Notes under the pieces: generated by a model
The model's database searches: none
Told to the model about the DNA's origin: nothing
The model's input: the letters and a program-made list of their open reading frames with translations, nothing else
Position numbers and translations under genes: made by a program
Shown here: piece after piece, positions 12,379 through 56,313 of the stretch
Layout: the number at the start of each line of letters is the position of its first letter
Numbering within the stretch: the stretch's first letter is position 1
DNA from: Chrysomallon squamiferum
Taxonomy: Eukaryota > Animalia > Mollusca
Direction of reading: 5' to 3'
NCBI GenBank assembly: GCA_012295275.1
Contig: CM022670.1
Span: 26,226,001 to 26,290,000 of the forward strand
Length of the DNA stretch: 64,000 bases

Positions 12379-13824
12379 AAGAGTAAATAAAAAAGTACAA
12401 TATGGAATATGGTTTGTTATTAACTTTTATATATGCATTAGAATATATACTGATGGTTATTGAGTAATAACGATCTTTAAAGTAAGGTAATGCCAGCATT
12501 TCATCTTAGCTTATCAACATATTGGACAAAGCACGAAATATTTGTGGACTAATATTTTTTTTCACATTTTTCTACGTATAAAATAAGATTAATGTATTAA
12601 AATAAATATATTCATGAAAGATATTAACCTTTTGTTCCAGGAGATTTTTCATGAATTTAATTTAATTTTTTTTTTTGTTTTCCACTCGACAGTTGTCACG
12701 GTGAAGAATGCAACTATTATGACCTTTAAATATTAAATAAGTCTACTTATTATTTTTATTATTATTTTTTCAAAAGGTATAAATTACTGAGTGTTTACAG
12801 GGAAGGGATAATTACATGTGTCAGCCAAACATCTAAATAAACAAACAAAATGTATTCAGATATAATTTCATCTAGTGCAATGTCAAAAACGTCTAAGACT
12901 TTACAAGTAAATGATTTTACCGTTAAATCACTTGATTTTCGACTGTAAGACGTTGTTCATTTTGTTATGATTTTCCTTCGATTTTCGTTTTTTCTTTTTT
13001 TTTTTTTTAAATCTCCTTTAACAAAAATATTGTATTGCTTCAAGTAAGTGATCAAAATGAATATTCTTCAAATTACAAAACCTTCTTCACTTGTATTTAT
13101 CGTTCGAATACAGTAGCGGAGATTATTGGAGCACAAGTCACCCGCTTATTACTGTTCATTGCAAACTGAAGTTAAACGATAATGACAGTCTTACCGAAGT
13201 GAAAGTCAGTTAATATGATCATGTTTGATGAAAGCTGTATCAAACACTGTATTTCAGATCACACTATTATTTTTTAAATATAAAACGCTTTGGCGTTCAC
13301 TTCAAACTTTGTTGTTATACGACGGGATATAAACCTCTCTGACAACATCTCTTTTTTGTTTACAAATATTTTTTTTTTACAAAACAAGGTCGCACAAAAA
13401 TATCATTTTTCGAAAATGCTGAAATTGCAGGAATTACGGCAAATTGTATAAACTCAAAACGTCACTAAAATAATAATAATAATAATAATAATAATACGCT
13501 GTCCAGATACAATATCAGTTCAGAAGTCGACCTACTGTTCAAACTGTCAGTAGTGTAATAAAAATGGCTTTCAAGTCGTTAAAGCACACGTTGTCTTTGG
13601 TTCTTCTACAACCATGAGTAATTACAGTAATGGTTAAGGAATAGGAAAGAATGGCCTGGTTGATGCTGCTGCCAGCTACAGTGCTGAGAGCTGTTAGTTT
13701 AAAAAAGTTCGCACGACCAGTCTTCAGGAATGATAATAATATTAACAGATCACAGTCGTTATATCACCACTCAGTCACGAATCAGTCACAACCCAATCAC
13801 AAACCAAGCACTCCCAGTACCGGG

Positions 13825-42745
<28,921 letters not shown>

Positions 42746-42824
42746 CTGAAACAAACAGAAATCTTCATGAAACGCCACGCTTAGTTTAGCCTTGAAGTAT
42801 CATCACACACAGAGAATGCATTGT

Positions 42825-42935
42825 AAAGATTTTCAAGCGTGATTCTAGAGGTTTTCAAATGGCGTGTAGACGCTTTTAAAATGGCTTGTAAATGCTTTCA
42901 AAATGGCTTGTAATTCTTTTTCAAAGTGGCTTTGT
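42825..42935. repeat. Degenerate ~22-bp tandem repeat (ttcaaaatggcttgtaaatgct-like), 4-5 copies
   Basis: aaatggc[g/t]tgta recurs at ~22-nt spacing, just upstream of the acceptor of the 42745 exon. Confidence 0.65.
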
Positions 42936-45381
42936 CTACATTCTAAAGGTTTGAAAGTATTAAACAAGATAGGCGCCATAACAGCACTGAAAAATGTTTT
43001 TGCTTTTATCTGTGTAAATTTATTGTGTATAAAATTTATATAGTAATACGTAAACCAAACTCAAAGACGTACACGAGAAATAAACAACTATCGTGGAAAA
43101 ATTAAAATAATATATCCTAAATGAGACGAAATAAATTGTTAATTTTAATGAATATAGTTAGAATTCAAAGATACAATCTGTTAATTTTATATATTAACAC
43201 TAAAGCATGACAGAAATGAGGCGACAAAATATTTTCTATTTCTTATTTGTCTTATAAACAATAAACAAGTAAAAGCCCAAATAAAAATCAGTTACTTCAC
43301 TGTTTAATAGCATTACTATTAACCACTTCATTGTATGAATCTTCTTCTTGTCTTGTAGCATATGTTTTATAAACATCTGAATGTTAACTACTTCAGAGTG
43401 TAAAAACCTCATTTGATATGTAGTTTTATTAAGACACGCCCCATTTCAGAATTTGTAAAAAGTTTATTTGCATAGATCACACTAACCTTTAGGTAAGTGT
43501 GGAAAGGTGATGTCTTGTGACGTTTATCGATAGAGAAAAGGCATAAATAGAAAATTAATTTACTATTTTACAGCGAGTATTAAATTTGTTTAGACATAAA
43601 TGCTAATATTTTGCCGTTTGCACATACATTATGAAGAACGTTTGTACTTGAATTAAATAACAATTTTAAAAGATGAATACAATAAACTGGCAACAGCTGA
43701 CAGCTAAAATGAAAATAAATTCTAGAACAATGCTTTATCTATAGACGTTTCCTTAACAAAAGTAGATTGATGATAAAATAACTGACACAAATATCGTCAT
43801 AAACATTTCGGAAAGTGTTTGTTGTTATTGTTTATAAATAAAAAAATTGAAATATTCACACAAAATAAATTTAAAAAAAATTTAAAAATATAAAAAACCT
43901 GAATTATGTACACAGTTTTATGAGAAAGAAAAAAAAAAAAAAAAAAGTAAGGAAGAAAAATAATTAAGAAAAAATGAGCTGAAATGAACTATAATAAAAT
44001 AATAAAATAAAACAAAATAATAAAAATAATAAAAAACAATTTAAAAAAAACGTGTTTCCCTAAATCACTTTTGTTCTTTTTTTCCTTTCTATTTACAATT
44101 TTCAACTTTTAATTTTCACTCACTGTTACAGTCTATATTTTTAAAATGGCGCCTTTAGCATTATCATATCTTCGATCAGAATCAAAGTGAAGCTTTCTCG
44201 CTATATTTATAAATTACAGCTGTATGGGATTCACCGTAATTAGTTTTGTCAGTTCGACACAAACAGTGTGTGATTATTTAGGTCTATGTTCACTTAATGC
44301 CATGCATCCTGGACTCCGTGTTCATCGCGTCGATAACACAGACTGAGTCACGCAGTTCACATCACTGTTAAGGTAACAGGTTCTCTAACTCAAAGGTTAA
44401 AACTGACCTCGTGTGTGATAGATCGCGGGATCAGTTCTCAGTGGCGTACTCATTAGTATCTTTTATCTTTATACAGATTAAGGTAACTGATTATTCAACT
44501 TGTGATATTATGTGTTTTCGCATTTGCAGAAAGTTGCATTTGGAATGTATTTTCCTGCTATTTCGTCACAGTAGCTTACAGAATAGGGACAATAACATTA
44601 TTATTATTTAATAATAGCATGCCAGAAAAAAAAATTCAAAGTATAGTTTCTAGAATACTATTTTTACTTATTAAATTTATTCATTAGTAACATTCAGTTC
44701 ATATAAACTTTACATTATATTTTGAATTCTGTCAGAGATATTTTATTATCATTAAACTGTAGATAAATGTTATCGTTTAAAACCGAATACAAAAACATAG
44801 AAAACTGTTCCAAGTTCTACTGTACGAAGAAAGAATTGGACCTCTAAATTCGAAGGGAATAGACTTAAACAACATTTCTTAATTGTCTATTTTATCAACT
44901 TTTTTTCGTTTTGTGGTTGATATTACCTATATTTCTGTGCAGCAAGTATCATCACTTGTTTTCTTCGTCGTAATTGGCAAAACCGGCGGCCATTAGGTTT
45001 ACGTTCATCTCTAAACGTGCTTCAGAGACAGAGAAAGGGTAATACTTGATCAGCCCTGTCGGCCATTTTACACACAGCTCGGTGCAGACAAACAATGGAC
45101 TTTGAGCGCTGGGCTCGGAGAATGTAAATATTCACATCGTTAGCTGGATTTCTCAGTCTGTCTGACGAAATCGTAATGGCTAATTTCTCAAATTGCCTCA
45201 AAACAGAGCTTAGTGTATAAACAGTGGAGAACTTACTTTACACAACATACCGAGGATCAAGCAGATAAGTGTCTAATGATCAGTTTCATGTATGCAGCTG
45301 AGAGAAAAAGACTTAAAACACAGACAGAAAAAAAGAAGATATAGTTACATTGAAATACAGAGGCTGGGTTGGTGAGAGGGA

Positions 45382-45511
<130 letters not shown>

Positions 45512-46019
45512 TACTTGGAGAAAAAAGGGACAGATAAAAAGAGAAAGGACATAGAGAAATGAAATGAAAAGGAAAGAGAATAAGATAGATAGAAAAAAAG
45601 ACAGACAGACATTGAGACAGGTAGACAGAAAGAAAGATATGAGCCTTATACTGTAAATTAAACGAAATTGTTTTGATGCCAGTTCCTACACTATATATTT
45701 ATTTCAAATATGTAGAGTAAATTCCTTAATAATTGTTTATCTCGAATATGTAACCAAAGATTTCTTCACTAATCATTTACCTACATCGAATATGTACAAG
45801 AGAATCCGTAAATATTCATTTATTAACTGTTTATTTAAATCAAATATTTACTTAAATATGACTATTTATTTATTTATCTCGAAGATACATAAAAGAATTT
45901 AAAAAAAAATAAAAAAAATAAAATAAAAATTTAAAGAAATTAAATAAAGACAAAAAATTAAAAAAACGTTTTAAAAATTGCAATAAAAAAGCACAAGAAA
46001 TAAAAACGAACAAAAATAA

Positions 46020-46086
<67 letters not shown>

Positions 46087-46480
46087 AATAATTAAATTAT
46101 AAATTCTAGAAGAAAATAAAATAAAATAAGATAAAAATAGTGAAAGATGTAAAAAACGGGGAAATAAATGACTCAATAATGTTTCATAACCGCATAAAAA
46201 ATTAATGTAAAGATAAGAAAAATCATAAATTTCGATTTGAAAAGGATGGTTTTGACAGTAATGATTGTGGGCTGCTTTTAAGATTATTATGTGGTGCCTT
46301 CGAGTACATGAAAATATAGTAAAAACAAATGTTGACTCACGTTCGAACGTACATGTATATGTCTGTGTGTCTGTAGGTCGTTTGTATGTATGAATGCATA
46401 TATGCATGTATGTATATATTTTTGTTTGTATGTATGCATAACAACAAGGGAGAGAAACATATATATATATATAGAGAGAG

Positions 46481-46518
<38 letters not shown>

Positions 46519-47721
46519 TTAGATAGATAGAAAGAGACAGACAGAGACAGTGTGTGTGTGTGTCTGTATCATACATACACATTTAACAGATTATGAACAA
46601 CAATAAATAAACGCCTTCTAAGCTAGGTTTTTTGACGAAATTAATGTCAACTAGAATGTGTAGAGTGCAAACAGTATCAAACAAAACATAAAAACACAAC
46701 CAAAAAAAAGCATGATTTGAATCGTATGTATTTCAATCATCTACAAAATCACAAAAACACACCGACAAACTAATCAGATATGGCCACCACATGTTTTTGT
46801 CTGAGACCACCATGTTCCTCGACTGAAATGTTTTCAAAACAGTTCCTTCAAAATTATACTACTGTGCCTTGTTCTACTATACTATTGCTTCTGCTGATGC
46901 TTCTATACTACTGCTACTACTATTATTACTACTACGACTACTACTACTGCTACCAATACTAACACTACTACTATTACTACTATTATAATTCAAATACACA
47001 TCCAGTGTTTAAAAACAACATCATGAGCAGACCAGAAGGTGTGGCTCATTATGCAAAGATAATGAAACTAAGTTATCGATGTGGAATTCAGTGTAGGTGG
47101 CCCAACGCCTAACCAATGAACACTAAATGGAGCCTGTAATGGAATAAGAAACCGATACCACACAACCTGTAAGCTTTGTCAACGCGGTGTAATTTTGTCT
47201 TTGACATAAACCCATTAATCTTGGTAGTGCCACAAAATTTAAATTTTGAAAAAAAAAAATAAATAAAATAAATAAATTAAAATAAAAATAAAATAAATAA
47301 ATAAATAAAATTAAATTAAAAAAAAATGGAAAAATAAACACAAACACACAGAGACAGACACATAAAAAAATAAAAATAAAAAAAAAAAATATAAATGAAA
47401 GAAAAGAGAAAAAAGCTATAAATTTCTTCTTTTAATCTGGCTGGTGAGAGAAGCCAACGATGTTTTATGGAAATTAGACTTTAGTAGTTTTCGATTATCA
47501 GCCTGTTAAAATTTAATGTGAGAGAGGACCTAAACAAACTCTGCATAACCGATCATTCCCAAACTACTAATTTTTATTTTCCACAGTTAATTTGAAATTA
47601 TCCTTAAGGTTCCGTCCCGGCAAACCTTATAAAACAATAACACTTTATGAAACAAAATAAATGATACTAATTATTAAATAAACAATAATTTAAAAAAAAA
47701 AAAAAAATAAAAATAAAAAAG

Positions 47722-47764
<43 letters not shown>

Positions 47765-48333
47765 AAAATAAAAAGAACTAAATAATTAAATTTAAAAAAA
47801 TATATATAAATCCTCTATCCAACGAAAGGGTCTTGCGAAATCTTTTTAAATGATACGCATTATTTTTATTATTAAAGAACTTTCAAAAGTTCCTGTCTAA
47901 AACAATTACTATCAGCATCACGGAAGCTGATAGTAATAATCGGATACTTGTCTTATGGGGAGATCGTAGAAAGCCGATAAATTGGCTTAAATTGGCTGTT
48001 TGTCTGACGATAATCGATCCTTCTACAAGAGTGTCTGAAGAAAACGAAACGCTTTTCACTGGATAACCTCTGGATATTTTCGTAATTAAGCAAGCATCGA
48101 CAAGACGTGACAAGAGGTGATCGACTCGTTAGGCTGCCAGTGTCCGAGTTCCTGACCACAAGATTAAGTCAAATCTCAGCCAGTCGTGTTGATTTCAGTA
48201 ACATTTCTTTTTTAGCTAGATAATAATTATCACAGTGCAGTAATATGATTGTAAAACGTGTAAGCAACAAACTGCAAAGGTCCGTGACGATAAAAGTAAG
48301 TCGTAACTGAAGTATGATTAAAATAATAATAAT

Positions 48334-48372
<39 letters not shown>

Positions 48373-48573
48373 GCTCAACCACTGGACATCCCTAACTCAA
48401 GATTTCGTATCTTAAGGAAAGTAATTTAAGAAGAATAAACTGTAAGTGAAACGGTTAAAACATCTTTGCAGTAAGGTTCGCTCAATTATTAGACCAATCT
48501 AATTTATCTTGATAATTTATTTCCAGATTACCGTTTCAGAAAGGACTATAGTTATTAAGTTATTCTGATATTT

Positions 48574-48576
<3 letters not shown>

Positions 48577-48652
<76 letters not shown>
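48577..48652. repeat. (AG)n microsatellite
   Basis: Perfect dinucleotide run. Confidence 0.97.
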
Positions 48653-48656
<4 letters not shown>

Positions 48657-50434
48657 TTTTGGTGATATATATTTTGCTTATATAACTATTGCAAGTTGGA
48701 GAAAGAAAAGTTGTAATCCTTTTGAGTGTAGCCGAAATATAAACATATCAACTTTAATTCCTCTATCACTAATTTTATACTTTTGAGGTCGGTAAAAGAT
48801 TTAGACTAAAATCTCTAGCAACAGGTTTGATATTTTCCGACTGGTACCGTCCGCCTTATCAACATAACACGACAATGGCGCAGCATGGAAATGCGACGTC
48901 AGTCAAATGATAAACATTTCCAGACTTCCGGTTTGACTGGTTCGCACGAAGGACCACGCTGTGCCCGGAGATAACGATACAACTCGTTTTCGCTCCTTGT
49001 AAGTGCCAAACTTGGTAAATAGTTCTGTTGAACCCTGGCAGCGTATTTCAATATCAGGAAGTGAGATAACGGTGCAAATGGTGTGTTAAAAGCCGTAGCA
49101 CGTCAAGAAAACAGTGTTTAGATGTGACACCGGTGGAAGTTAAAATATTACTTTGCTCGGGTGTTTATTTAATCGGAAGTGATATGAAAACGTGTTTATT
49201 GTGCGATATAAGACATTTGGCAATAAAATGTGCGCTTGATAAAGATTAAATTTGTTATTAATTGTTTCTCTAATGACTGGTTACATAAGGAAGATGTATT
49301 CGCTGCAAGTCTTAAACTTGATAAAGTCAGATTCCCACACAGTTCGCTTACCTTTTAAATCATCAGTATCTTTCTTCTTTTCGTCGTTTAAAACGAAAGC
49401 CTCGAAATGCATGTTAGAAATGTTCTGTGATATACACTGAATATAAACGCTTTAATGTCACATGGATTTACGCATCTGACGGTTTATATAAGCAACACCA
49501 TCAACAAACAGTAATAAAACCACGTATGAACACAACAGAGAGAAAAAAAAAAAAGAAGAAGAAAGTGAAAGACAAATACAAGAAAGGTGCTTATAGTTAA
49601 CAATAAAATAATAAAATATAATTATAAATAAACGAACAAACTTAAACAAACAAATACATAAATAAACAACAACACAAGCAAATAAATAAATAAATAAAAT
49701 AAAATAAAATAAAATAATAAAATATTAAAACAAACAACCCAAGGGTAATAATAAAGCATTACCAAAATATTGGTTTATATATAAAAATGAATTTTAATAA
49801 TTAAAGAAAGACATTTTTATGACACCATTTATTGCACTTTCATAAAAAAAAAAAAAAAAAAAAAAACAAGAAAAACAGAAAAAAAAGTACAAATATCAGT
49901 ATCATGGTCGCCCACAGACATTTTTATTATTTTAAAATTTATTTTCATTTACTTTATAGACATCTTAGTTAACAACCCTCTCTAAATCGTGTTCCCTGCA
50001 TTACGTCCAGGTTTCAAATTAATGTGTCAGGCTGCTCTGGGACATTGTGTTTAAGGGGACAAAAGAGATAAAAATAGAACAAGAACAGGTTATTTTAGTA
50101 CAAACACTACGTGGCGACGTGTGTAATGATTAAGAGTAATTACTTTGAATGTGGGTAGAGTTTCTAATTGGCTGAAGATATCTGAAAGTTATCTGAGGAG
50201 CTTCTCGATTCACAGGTTGCACACGCGATAAACGCAACTTGGCTTTTAAATAATGTTAGCTGTCGTGTCAGAAAATTGTTGTCTTGTGGAGTGCATTTCA
50301 TACTCAATTTACGTTATCCTATCTCGTGTGAGGGGGACGTCTTATACTCACGTACATACATACACACAGACAGATTGAAACTGTATAATTAAATAAATAT
50401 ATTAGAAATTTTTATCCCTATTTTATACAGGCTG

Positions 50435-50455
50435 TAATAATAATAATAATAATAA

Positions 50456-50486
<31 letters not shown>

Positions 50487-50498
50487 AAGAAGAAGAAG

Positions 50499-50530
<32 letters not shown>

Positions 50531-50560
50531 CGACGACGACGACGACAACAGCAGCAGCAA
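50435..50560. repeat. Compound triplet microsatellite (TAA)(GAA)(CAA)(CGA)(CAG)
   Basis: Adjacent in-register blocks of different triplets. Confidence 0.95.
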
Positions 50561-52754
50561 CATATTATCAGTAGCAAGCTGAATAGAAAACTGAAACAAC
50601 GTTGAAGTTATTAATCCGTAATAAACAGATTAGATTATTACAAAATCTTCATTTAGATTTATTCAGCTGCTTCTTCACATTTATTTCAAGTTGATTTGTT
50701 TAACTGGTTTGAAGTAGCAGACTTTCTCTTAACGTCTATTCTCAAACCAAACAGAGATCCTATCAGTGCTTAGAGTCAACCGCACAGCACTTTCGACTTG
50801 ATGGCAATCTTTAGTCGCGATGTGCAAATTTGTTTTTGTTTCCTTGAATAACGTATTGTGCTGTTTACATTTGCTACTTCACATACTGTTCTTATCAGCG
50901 TTATTATATTTGGGCACATGACTGTTTGTTTTTCTTGTATGTTATTATTTACTTTTCGTTCTTGTTTGTTTATTTCACCTCTTCGTTTCTTTTGGTTAAG
51001 TTCTCTTTGTCTTTCTTATCTGACTGAAATAAAGTCACAAACATTTCTAATAAAAATAAAAAATAAAAATAGAAATCATTATCATTGTTTTCAGAATGTC
51101 TGAATAAGAAAAACTGATTAAATTACATGATTGACACTTGAATAAAACGGTTACACCCACCGACACGACGGGGACGGCAGCGCTGATTTTTTTTTTTTTT
51201 GGGCTAACGTATAATTAACCCTTTCCACGTCAGAGTCGCTCTCCGTTACACGCTTCGACTATTGGCAGAAAAAGAACAGTGTCATCTAATTTTGCCTCCG
51301 TTGTCCCATCGCTAAGACGTCCAAACACGTGGACTAGACGACAGTATTTGTCTTCAGTGTGTGATTATAAAAATAAACAAGAAAGAGGACAGTTTGAAAA
51401 CACGTTTGTTATTAAGGCCAACCATGCACACGTGTGTTAATAAAGCTATAGAAATGAGTCGTTTGGAGCTGTATTTTAAAGGTGGTGAGATGTATGGGAA
51501 ACCGACCCACTTCTGACGCTGCCGTAGGGGACGCGTTATTGCCCTTTGTTTCGTTAATACAGTTTTCTTTTCTTTTGCGGATCATGAAACCCTTTAAACT
51601 TTTCTCCAGGGCTCCGAATATCTGTGACAAAAAGCGCGGACTGTTAAACTGAATGTCCTGGAGATATTGTTTACTTTGATTGTAATTTAATACCTTTCGC
51701 ACAAAGAAAATTATTTGCAGTGGGAAGAGACCTTTGGGTTTGGAAGTGTTGATAAAAAGCACCACGGAGTTGATTATTTAATTGGTTCTAAGCAGAATTA
51801 AGTAGTTCACGTTTTCAAAATAAACGGATAAACAAAGTTTTAAAGTTGCACCTTTTACTTGCACGGTGGTTCAACTTGTCTGCTAACGCATGTTCAGTTC
51901 AATGCTTATAACAGTCATGTGAGAAGAAAATTACCTTCTACCAAATGTTCACAGACATATGCACATGTACGTAATTGTTTTACAAAATGTCTTGAGCTAT
52001 CGAAAAGAATAATCCTACAGTGATCTCATGAATTTCTTTATTCTAGTATCATTGGATGAGAAACTCATGTTTACACCTAACACTCGTTAATATACGTCTA
52101 TTGCTACTACTACTAACACTACTACCGGTAGAGCTACTAATACTGCTACTGCTACTGTTACTGCTAATAAGAATTATAATATGTTATTAAACTCATATTC
52201 GTTCCTGTGGTATACACATATTTCTATGTTAAAGTGTGTATCTAAAATCGTGTCTGTCTGTTTTTCGACAACTCGTGTTACCTGGGCAATAAAACGGGCT
52301 CGCACACACGTATCTACATCCTTATTTACCTGTCCTACGTTAATCGGGTCACTAACGGCGCCATGTGTCATGTGATAGGGATTTCATTTCACATAACGTG
52401 TGTCTGTCATTTTGAAACATATTTATGTCACCCTGTAACGACGGCAACATGAAACATTGTAACGTTGTGCACGGCGATTTATGAGCTTCACATGTAAAGA
52501 GTTACTTGTCAAAAAAAAAAAAAAAAAAAAATGTAAAGAGAAATATTTGAAATAAAAGAAGAAAAATGACAAAGGTAAAGAGGTCGATGAAGTAAATCAA
52601 CAAGACACAGTTTGAAGTCAAAGATAGTGCTTCTTTATTTCTTTTAAGTTTTTTTGAGTTCTTTTATTTTTTTTTTTTTCATCTCTGACGTAACGAAAAT
52701 CTGAATTTAGACAGGTTGTTATGCACTTAGGTAGGTTTATAGCGCCCAGAAAAC

Positions 52755-53225
52755 AGGTTGTGTATCTTTAGATTGCTTTTTTAACGGTCGAAAACCAATT
52801 TTATAGGTGGTTCTATCTTTAGATTGATTTTTAACACTGGAAAACCAATTCTTTAGGTTGTTGAATCTTTGTATGTTCAAAACCAGTTATATAGACTGTT
52901 GTATCTTCAAAATGATTTTTGACACTAGACAACCAATTCTGTAGGTTGTTGTATCTTTAGATGGGTTTTTAACGGATTAAAACAAATTATACAGATTGAT
53001 GTATCTTTAAACTGATTTTTAATAATGAAATGGAAAAAATTATATAGACTGTTATATGTTTAGATCTACGGTTGAAAACAAATTGTAGGTTGAATCTTTA
53101 AACTGATTTTTTAAAAGTAAAAAACCAATTATATAGACTATTATTTATTTAGATGGATATTCAACGGTTGAAAACCCTCTGTATAAGTCGTAGTACCTTT
53201 AGATAGATTTTTATAGTTGAAAATT
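52755..53225. repeat. Degenerate ~50-bp minisatellite, about 10 copies
   Basis: Recurrent unit approximately aggttgttgtatctttagattgatttttaacggttgaaaaccaattatat, with some internally deleted copies. Confidence 0.85.
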
Positions 53226-54172
53226 AGGTTTTGAAAATAGGTTTTTGTGTATTTTTTGAAATTTAAACTAGGATGACTCACTGGTAAACTAAATATATCA
53301 TCAGCTGCAGTCATTAGACGGAAATAGTACTAACAACATATATACCTAATAACGGACGTGAATGGCACTGAATGCGTCATCATCTGTTCATGTGAGGTAG
53401 AAAATAAATAAATAAAAAAAAGAAGAAAAAAAGAAACAACAATTCGAAAGTGATGAGACAAATTCGTACGAGTAGCTTGTTAGTTGGAACGCCTAAAGAC
53501 ACGAACGCGAAGCTCTTACATTGAGACACCGTTGTTTTCAAACCTTTAGTCACTTTTCTCAGACTTTGACATTTGAAAGTCTATGTTCGAGTGGTTGATT
53601 ATAAAATATCAACAGGTGCAGTGCGCGGAACAGGAACGCGAGAAAAAAATACAGCCCCCAGTAACAATGTGTACACGCTGTGTGGAATCCAGTGATATTT
53701 GTAATAGGAATCTTGAGTAGGTAAAGACAAACTACGAAATAGTTTTGTAAGTGAAAAACGCAAAAACACGGTCGAAAAATTAAAACGGGCCGACTTCTTT
53801 TTCTGTTTTCTAAACGGTTTGTCGGAACACCGATACCAGTGGACAAACAAAGTTTTTGTTTGAGATAAGAAATATCTGTGTTGATGCAAAATATTTGAAT
53901 AAACGGGTGTAACAATTTCACGACGTCAAAATGTTTTGCTATTCTGAAGTATGACAGTGTATTGAGTTTCGTTTATAATATATATATATATATAGGTTAG
54001 ATTAGGTTCCTTTGCGTTTATATTCACAATATACGTATGACTTCAGTAGCCTATGTTTGCTATTTCCAGAATACAAAGCAAATATTTATTTTATTATTAT
54101 TTTGAACAAGATCAAAGCGTCATCTGTGTACAAGCTATAATATGTAGATTTTAATATTTAAATAAAATTATT

Positions 54173-54174
<2 letters not shown>

Positions 54175-54243
<69 letters not shown>
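54175..54243. repeat. (CT)n microsatellite
   Basis: Perfect dinucleotide run. Confidence 0.97.
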
Positions 54244-54247
<4 letters not shown>

Positions 54248-54389
54248 ATACGCACAACAGACCCCACTCATATGAAGGTAAATAAATATATATTTGCCTG
54301 CATACATACGTACGTACCTATACACACATACAATACAAAATAAAAAAGCAAAACAAATTAAAATTAAAATAAAAAGGAAAGAAAGAAAC

Positions 54390-54420
<31 letters not shown>

Positions 54421-55697
54421 CAAAAAAATGTGGATGTTTTTAAAGACATAAAGAAAAGAATGAAAAACATATCAATAAATAACGTCTTTTTTTCTCTTTT
54501 TAATTACGAAAAACTCCTCGATTTTCTCAAAACTGGACTTTTTTTTTTATCTTTTCTCTTTCAATTTCTTTTTCTGTGAATGTTTTATCCAAATAGGGGA
54601 TATATAAAGTTTTGCGTTTCTAAGTAACTTAACGAAACCCGAGGACAGACGCGTTCACATAAATATGTCATTAATATAAAAAAGTTTAACAGACTGACAA
54701 TGTCTAAGTCAGCCATTTGTATACGAGAACACAGCAGTTCGTACAATAGAAAAAAGTTTATCTTACTGAACAGGTAATATTAATACTGTAGAAATACATT
54801 CTATCAAGTACGCACCTGCAGACATGTCTAAGAGAATTAATTTATATTAAAATAAGGTCAACCACATTTTGAAGTCGAGGCTTTGTTACATTTACTGCTG
54901 TGTAGAAAAAAACCCACCATAAAATAAAATAAATTTAAAAAAATGAACCCGAAAACTATCACAACTGTAATTTTATATTTCCTTTCTCATTCTCAGTTGA
55001 TAAATGCATTAGTCACATGTTTTTTATTTTTTGTAAAATATTATTCCTCCAAAATCTTAAAGTTATTTAGATTATTATTATTATTTTATAACAGTCTTCT
55101 TTTATTGTTATCATTGACTGTTACCATCACTATTACTACTACTACTTCTACTACCACTTCTACTACCACTACTGCAACTACTACTACTCCTACCGCAACT
55201 ACAACTACTAATGTTATTATGATTACTGCAACTTATACTACCACTACTAACGTTGGCAGTATAGTTACATTTACACACATAGCATTTTGATATTTCAAAG
55301 AAAGCCACCCTACGGTGAGGTTACGTATAAAATCTGTCAGTGGTAAGCGTCAAAGAGACGAGGAATTAAATAAAAAGCTGGATTAAAGTTCACAAGGAGC
55401 CAGTCTGTCGTAGACTGGGAAAACTAATCTTCAGATTTTCTCGTTGTATTTGATAATCGTAGCCTCGCCTTTCTCATCTAACGCTGGGCAGTGACTTACT
55501 TTTTCTTACAACTCTTAATCTGTGAATGCCCAACCTGCGATTTATCATAAAACAACATTCCTCTGTGCTTAAATAAATCTTTCCTGCTGAACGAAATGAA
55601 ACAACATTCCATAAAGTAATTTATCATTGCTGTTTAATGGTTAGTTTATTTGTTTCTGTTTTTCTTTGATTCACGAGGAAATGTTTGTTTGTTTGTT

Positions 55698-55702
<5 letters not shown>

Positions 55703-55763
<61 letters not shown>
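55703..55763. repeat. (GT)n microsatellite
   Basis: Perfect dinucleotide run. Confidence 0.95.
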
Positions 55764-55766
<3 letters not shown>

Positions 55767-56202
55767 GTATGTGTTTGTGTGTACGCATTGTTTATAATTG
55801 TATCAGACTAAAGATTTAAAATAAAATATGTCTTTGGTTTACTTATTTATTAAAACAAAGAGAAATACCATGAGTAACAACATGAATCTGATGTCACAAA
55901 AAATGAAAGTGTATTTATGTTCATTATATATCAGCTTCATTTAATGAGTGAATAGTTTGGCAGACGAAAATAATTTACTGATATTTTGTACTAATATTGC
56001 TATGGTTTTGTTTTCACAGCATGATTTGGAAGAACACGTAAATGCGTGCTAATTACGAGGAATGCCGCGCTGGCATGCCTTTTAGACAACAATGCAGAAA
56101 ACATACGAGTTATGTCACTGAACGACATAAAAGACAGGATCCGACATTCGGTATTCAGAGGTGTATCCTTGTTCCTCTTTGTTTCTGCTTCTCTCTCTTC
56201 AG

Positions 56203-56313
<111 letters not shown>

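Noticed and set aside
51412-51765. 117-aa minus-strand ORF as candidate first esterase exon
   Set aside because: No signal peptide and no FLGIPYA/PPxG/RF motifs in the frames I read.
52755-53225. Regularly spaced repeats as a CRISPR-like array
   Set aside because: Whole units are homologous with no unique spacers, the context is a eukaryotic intron, and there are no cas genes.
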